Assembly (NCBI GenBank): GCA_001464965.1
Contig: LNEJ01000027.1
Location: 17,003-81,002, forward strand
Origin: Gammaproteobacteria bacterium Ga0074134
GTDB taxonomy: Bacteria > Pseudomonadota > Gammaproteobacteria > Ga0077554 > Ga007554
Direction of reading: 5' to 3'
Length of the DNA stretch: 64,000 bases
Shown in pieces: positions 62,740 to 64,000 of the stretch (position 1 is the stretch's first letter; each line of letters starts with the position of its first letter). The notes under the pieces were generated by a model that saw only the letters and a list, made by a program, of their open reading frames with translations, had not been told where the DNA came from and made no database searches. A program made the position numbers and the translations under genes.

Positions 62740-63087
62740 ATGGACATTAATTCGATTTCAAATACAGGGCAGGCGCCCAATGCAACACTGGCTGCTACGC
62801 ATGTTTTATCGAGAAACGTGCAGCGTGTTCCAGAGCCCGGCCCCGTGCAAGCTACCGTTGTCGATGCGACGGAGTTGAAGCAGGCTGTAGAAACGATAAA
62901 TAAATCACTCAAGCCGATTGCCAGCGGCGTTCAATTTAGTACTGACCAAGATACTGGCAGAACCTTGGTCAAGGTCATTGATACGGAGACCCAGGCTGTT
63001 CTACGGCAAATCCCTTCAGAGGAGGTGCTGGCGATCTCTAAAGCGCTGGACAAGCTGCAAGGTATTGTCATCAGAACTCAGGCCTAA
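62740..63087 (+). CDS. flaG: FlaG-family protein, paralog 2
   Basis: ...VQFSTDQDTGRTLVKVIDTETQAVLRQIPSEEVLAISKAL. Confidence 0.75.
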   Translation: MDINSISNTGQAPNATLAATHVLSRNVQRVPEPGPVQATVVDATELKQAVETINKSLKPIASGVQFSTDQDTGRTLVKVIDTETQAVLRQIPSEEVLAISKALDKLQGIVIRTQA

Positions 63088-63108
63088 GCTCACTCGAGGC
63101 ACGTCGTA

Positions 63109-64000
63109 ATGATTTCTTCCCCAGGCATTGGCTCGAACCTTGATGTCAACAGCATCGTCAGCCAGTTGATGAGTGTTGAACAGCAGCCTCTCAGCCAGCT
63201 AAACAAGAAAGAAGCGAACTTTCAAGCGAAACTTTCCGGTTTAGGCACGCTTAAGAGCGCGCTCTCGCAATTCCAAACGGCGGTGCGAGGTCTCTCCGAT
63301 ATCAGCAAGTTTCAAGGGGTGCGCGTTACACCTGCTGACGCGAGCATTGTCTCCGCCAGCGGCAGTGCAGGTGCCACACCCGGTACGTATGGGCTGGAAG
63401 TGACCAAGCTCGCGCAAGCCCAAAAACTGGCTTCCGCAGGACAAGTGAGTGATAGCTCAACAATAGGCACTGGCGCTGCCACTACGCTTAGCTTCGACTT
63501 CGGCACGATTGCCGGCGGTACCTTTAATAGTGCAACCGGACTCTATACCGGTGCCAGCTTCACCACCAATGGCGCGGGCGTCAAGACCGTTACCATAGAC
63601 GCAACCAATAATTCACTCGCCGGCATCCGCGATGCGATTAATAGGGCCAATATCGGAGTGAATGCCACCATTGTGAACGATGGCAGCGCTTCACCTTATC
63701 GCCTGGCATTGACTGTGAATGCCACTGGCCAGGCCCAAAGTATGAAGATATCGGTCGCGGGCGATGCAGCCCTCTCTACCCTGCTCAGCCAAGATCCTGC
63801 CAACAACACAGGCCAAGCATTATCTGAAACGATCAGCGCCCAAAATGCTGCTTTCAAGGTGGATGGCATTGCTATCTCCAAGGCCACCAACACGATCAGT
63901 GATGTGATTCAAGGCGTTACCCTCAATCTGGCAAAGACCAATGCCGGTAGTCCCACCAATATTACGGTGGCGCGCGATACCAGTTCGGTGATAGCTGCCG
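63109..64000 (+). CDS. fliD: flagellar filament capping protein FliD (N-terminal part; continues beyond the window end)
   Basis: MISSPGIGSNLDVNSIVSQLMSVEQQPLSQLNKKEANFQAKLSGLGTLKSAL is the FliD N-terminus. An RBS (gagg) precedes the ATG at 63109. No stop occurs before 64000. Confidence 0.8.
   Translation, partial: MISSPGIGSNLDVNSIVSQLMSVEQQPLSQLNKKEANFQAKLSGLGTLKSALSQFQTAVRGLSDISKFQGVRVTPADASIVSASGSAGATPGTYGLEVTKLAQAQKLASAGQVSDSSTIGTGAATTLSFDFGTIAGGTFNSATGLYTGASFTTNGAGVKTVTIDATNNSLAGIRDAINRANIGVNATIVNDGSASPYRLALTVNATGQAQSMKISVAGDAALSTLLSQDPANNTGQALSETISAQNAAFKVDGIAISKATNTISDVIQGVTLNLAKTNAGSPTNITVARDTSSVIAA

Overview
High-GC (about 58-60%) proteobacterial, probably betaproteobacterial, chromosomal segment, made up mostly of conserved housekeeping genes followed by a large flagellar/chemotaxis block. 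Housekeeping part (1-43900): a partial FGGY kinase, NUDIX hydrolase, rluE, icd, a cold-shock protein, clpS-clpA, infA, bpt-aat (the complete N-degron writer/reader set), mrcB with an overlapping TPR lipoprotein, ppc, lpxH, ppiA, an M48 protease, yaeQ, a catalase flanked by duplicated yaeQ/trhO fragments, trhO, selO, yajD, a peroxiredoxin-like gene with a Fur box, dapB, a GGDEF cyclase followed by a secreted RNase Sa/barnase-family ribonuclease and its barstar inhibitor, carAB, greA, yhbY, rlmE-ftsH-folP-glmM, cysS, a PduO-type adenosyltransferase, and tRNA-Arg(CCT) and tRNA-Ala(CGC). Flagellar part (43950-64000): ycgR-like, flgNMA, cheV-cheR, flgBCDEFGHIJKL, a degenerate flagellin N-terminal fragment plus flaG, then fliC-flaG-fliD (truncated at the window end), with recognisable sigma54 and sigma28 promoters. 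No CRISPR array, IS transposase, integrase or phage module was seen. The unusual content is small-scale. At least four families of short structured intergenic repeats (MITE/REP-like, some nested) are scattered through core operons. A katE-containing rearrangement is bounded by duplicated gene ends. A large Ig-like + delta-60-repeat lipoprotein is inserted into the conserved infA/bpt-aat locus. A barnase/barstar pair is translationally coupled to a diguanylate cyclase. The flagellin promoter/5'UTR/N-terminus/flaG module is tandemly duplicated and has partly decayed. Long antisense ORFs opposite ppc, carB, ftsH and mrcB are high-GC artefacts.
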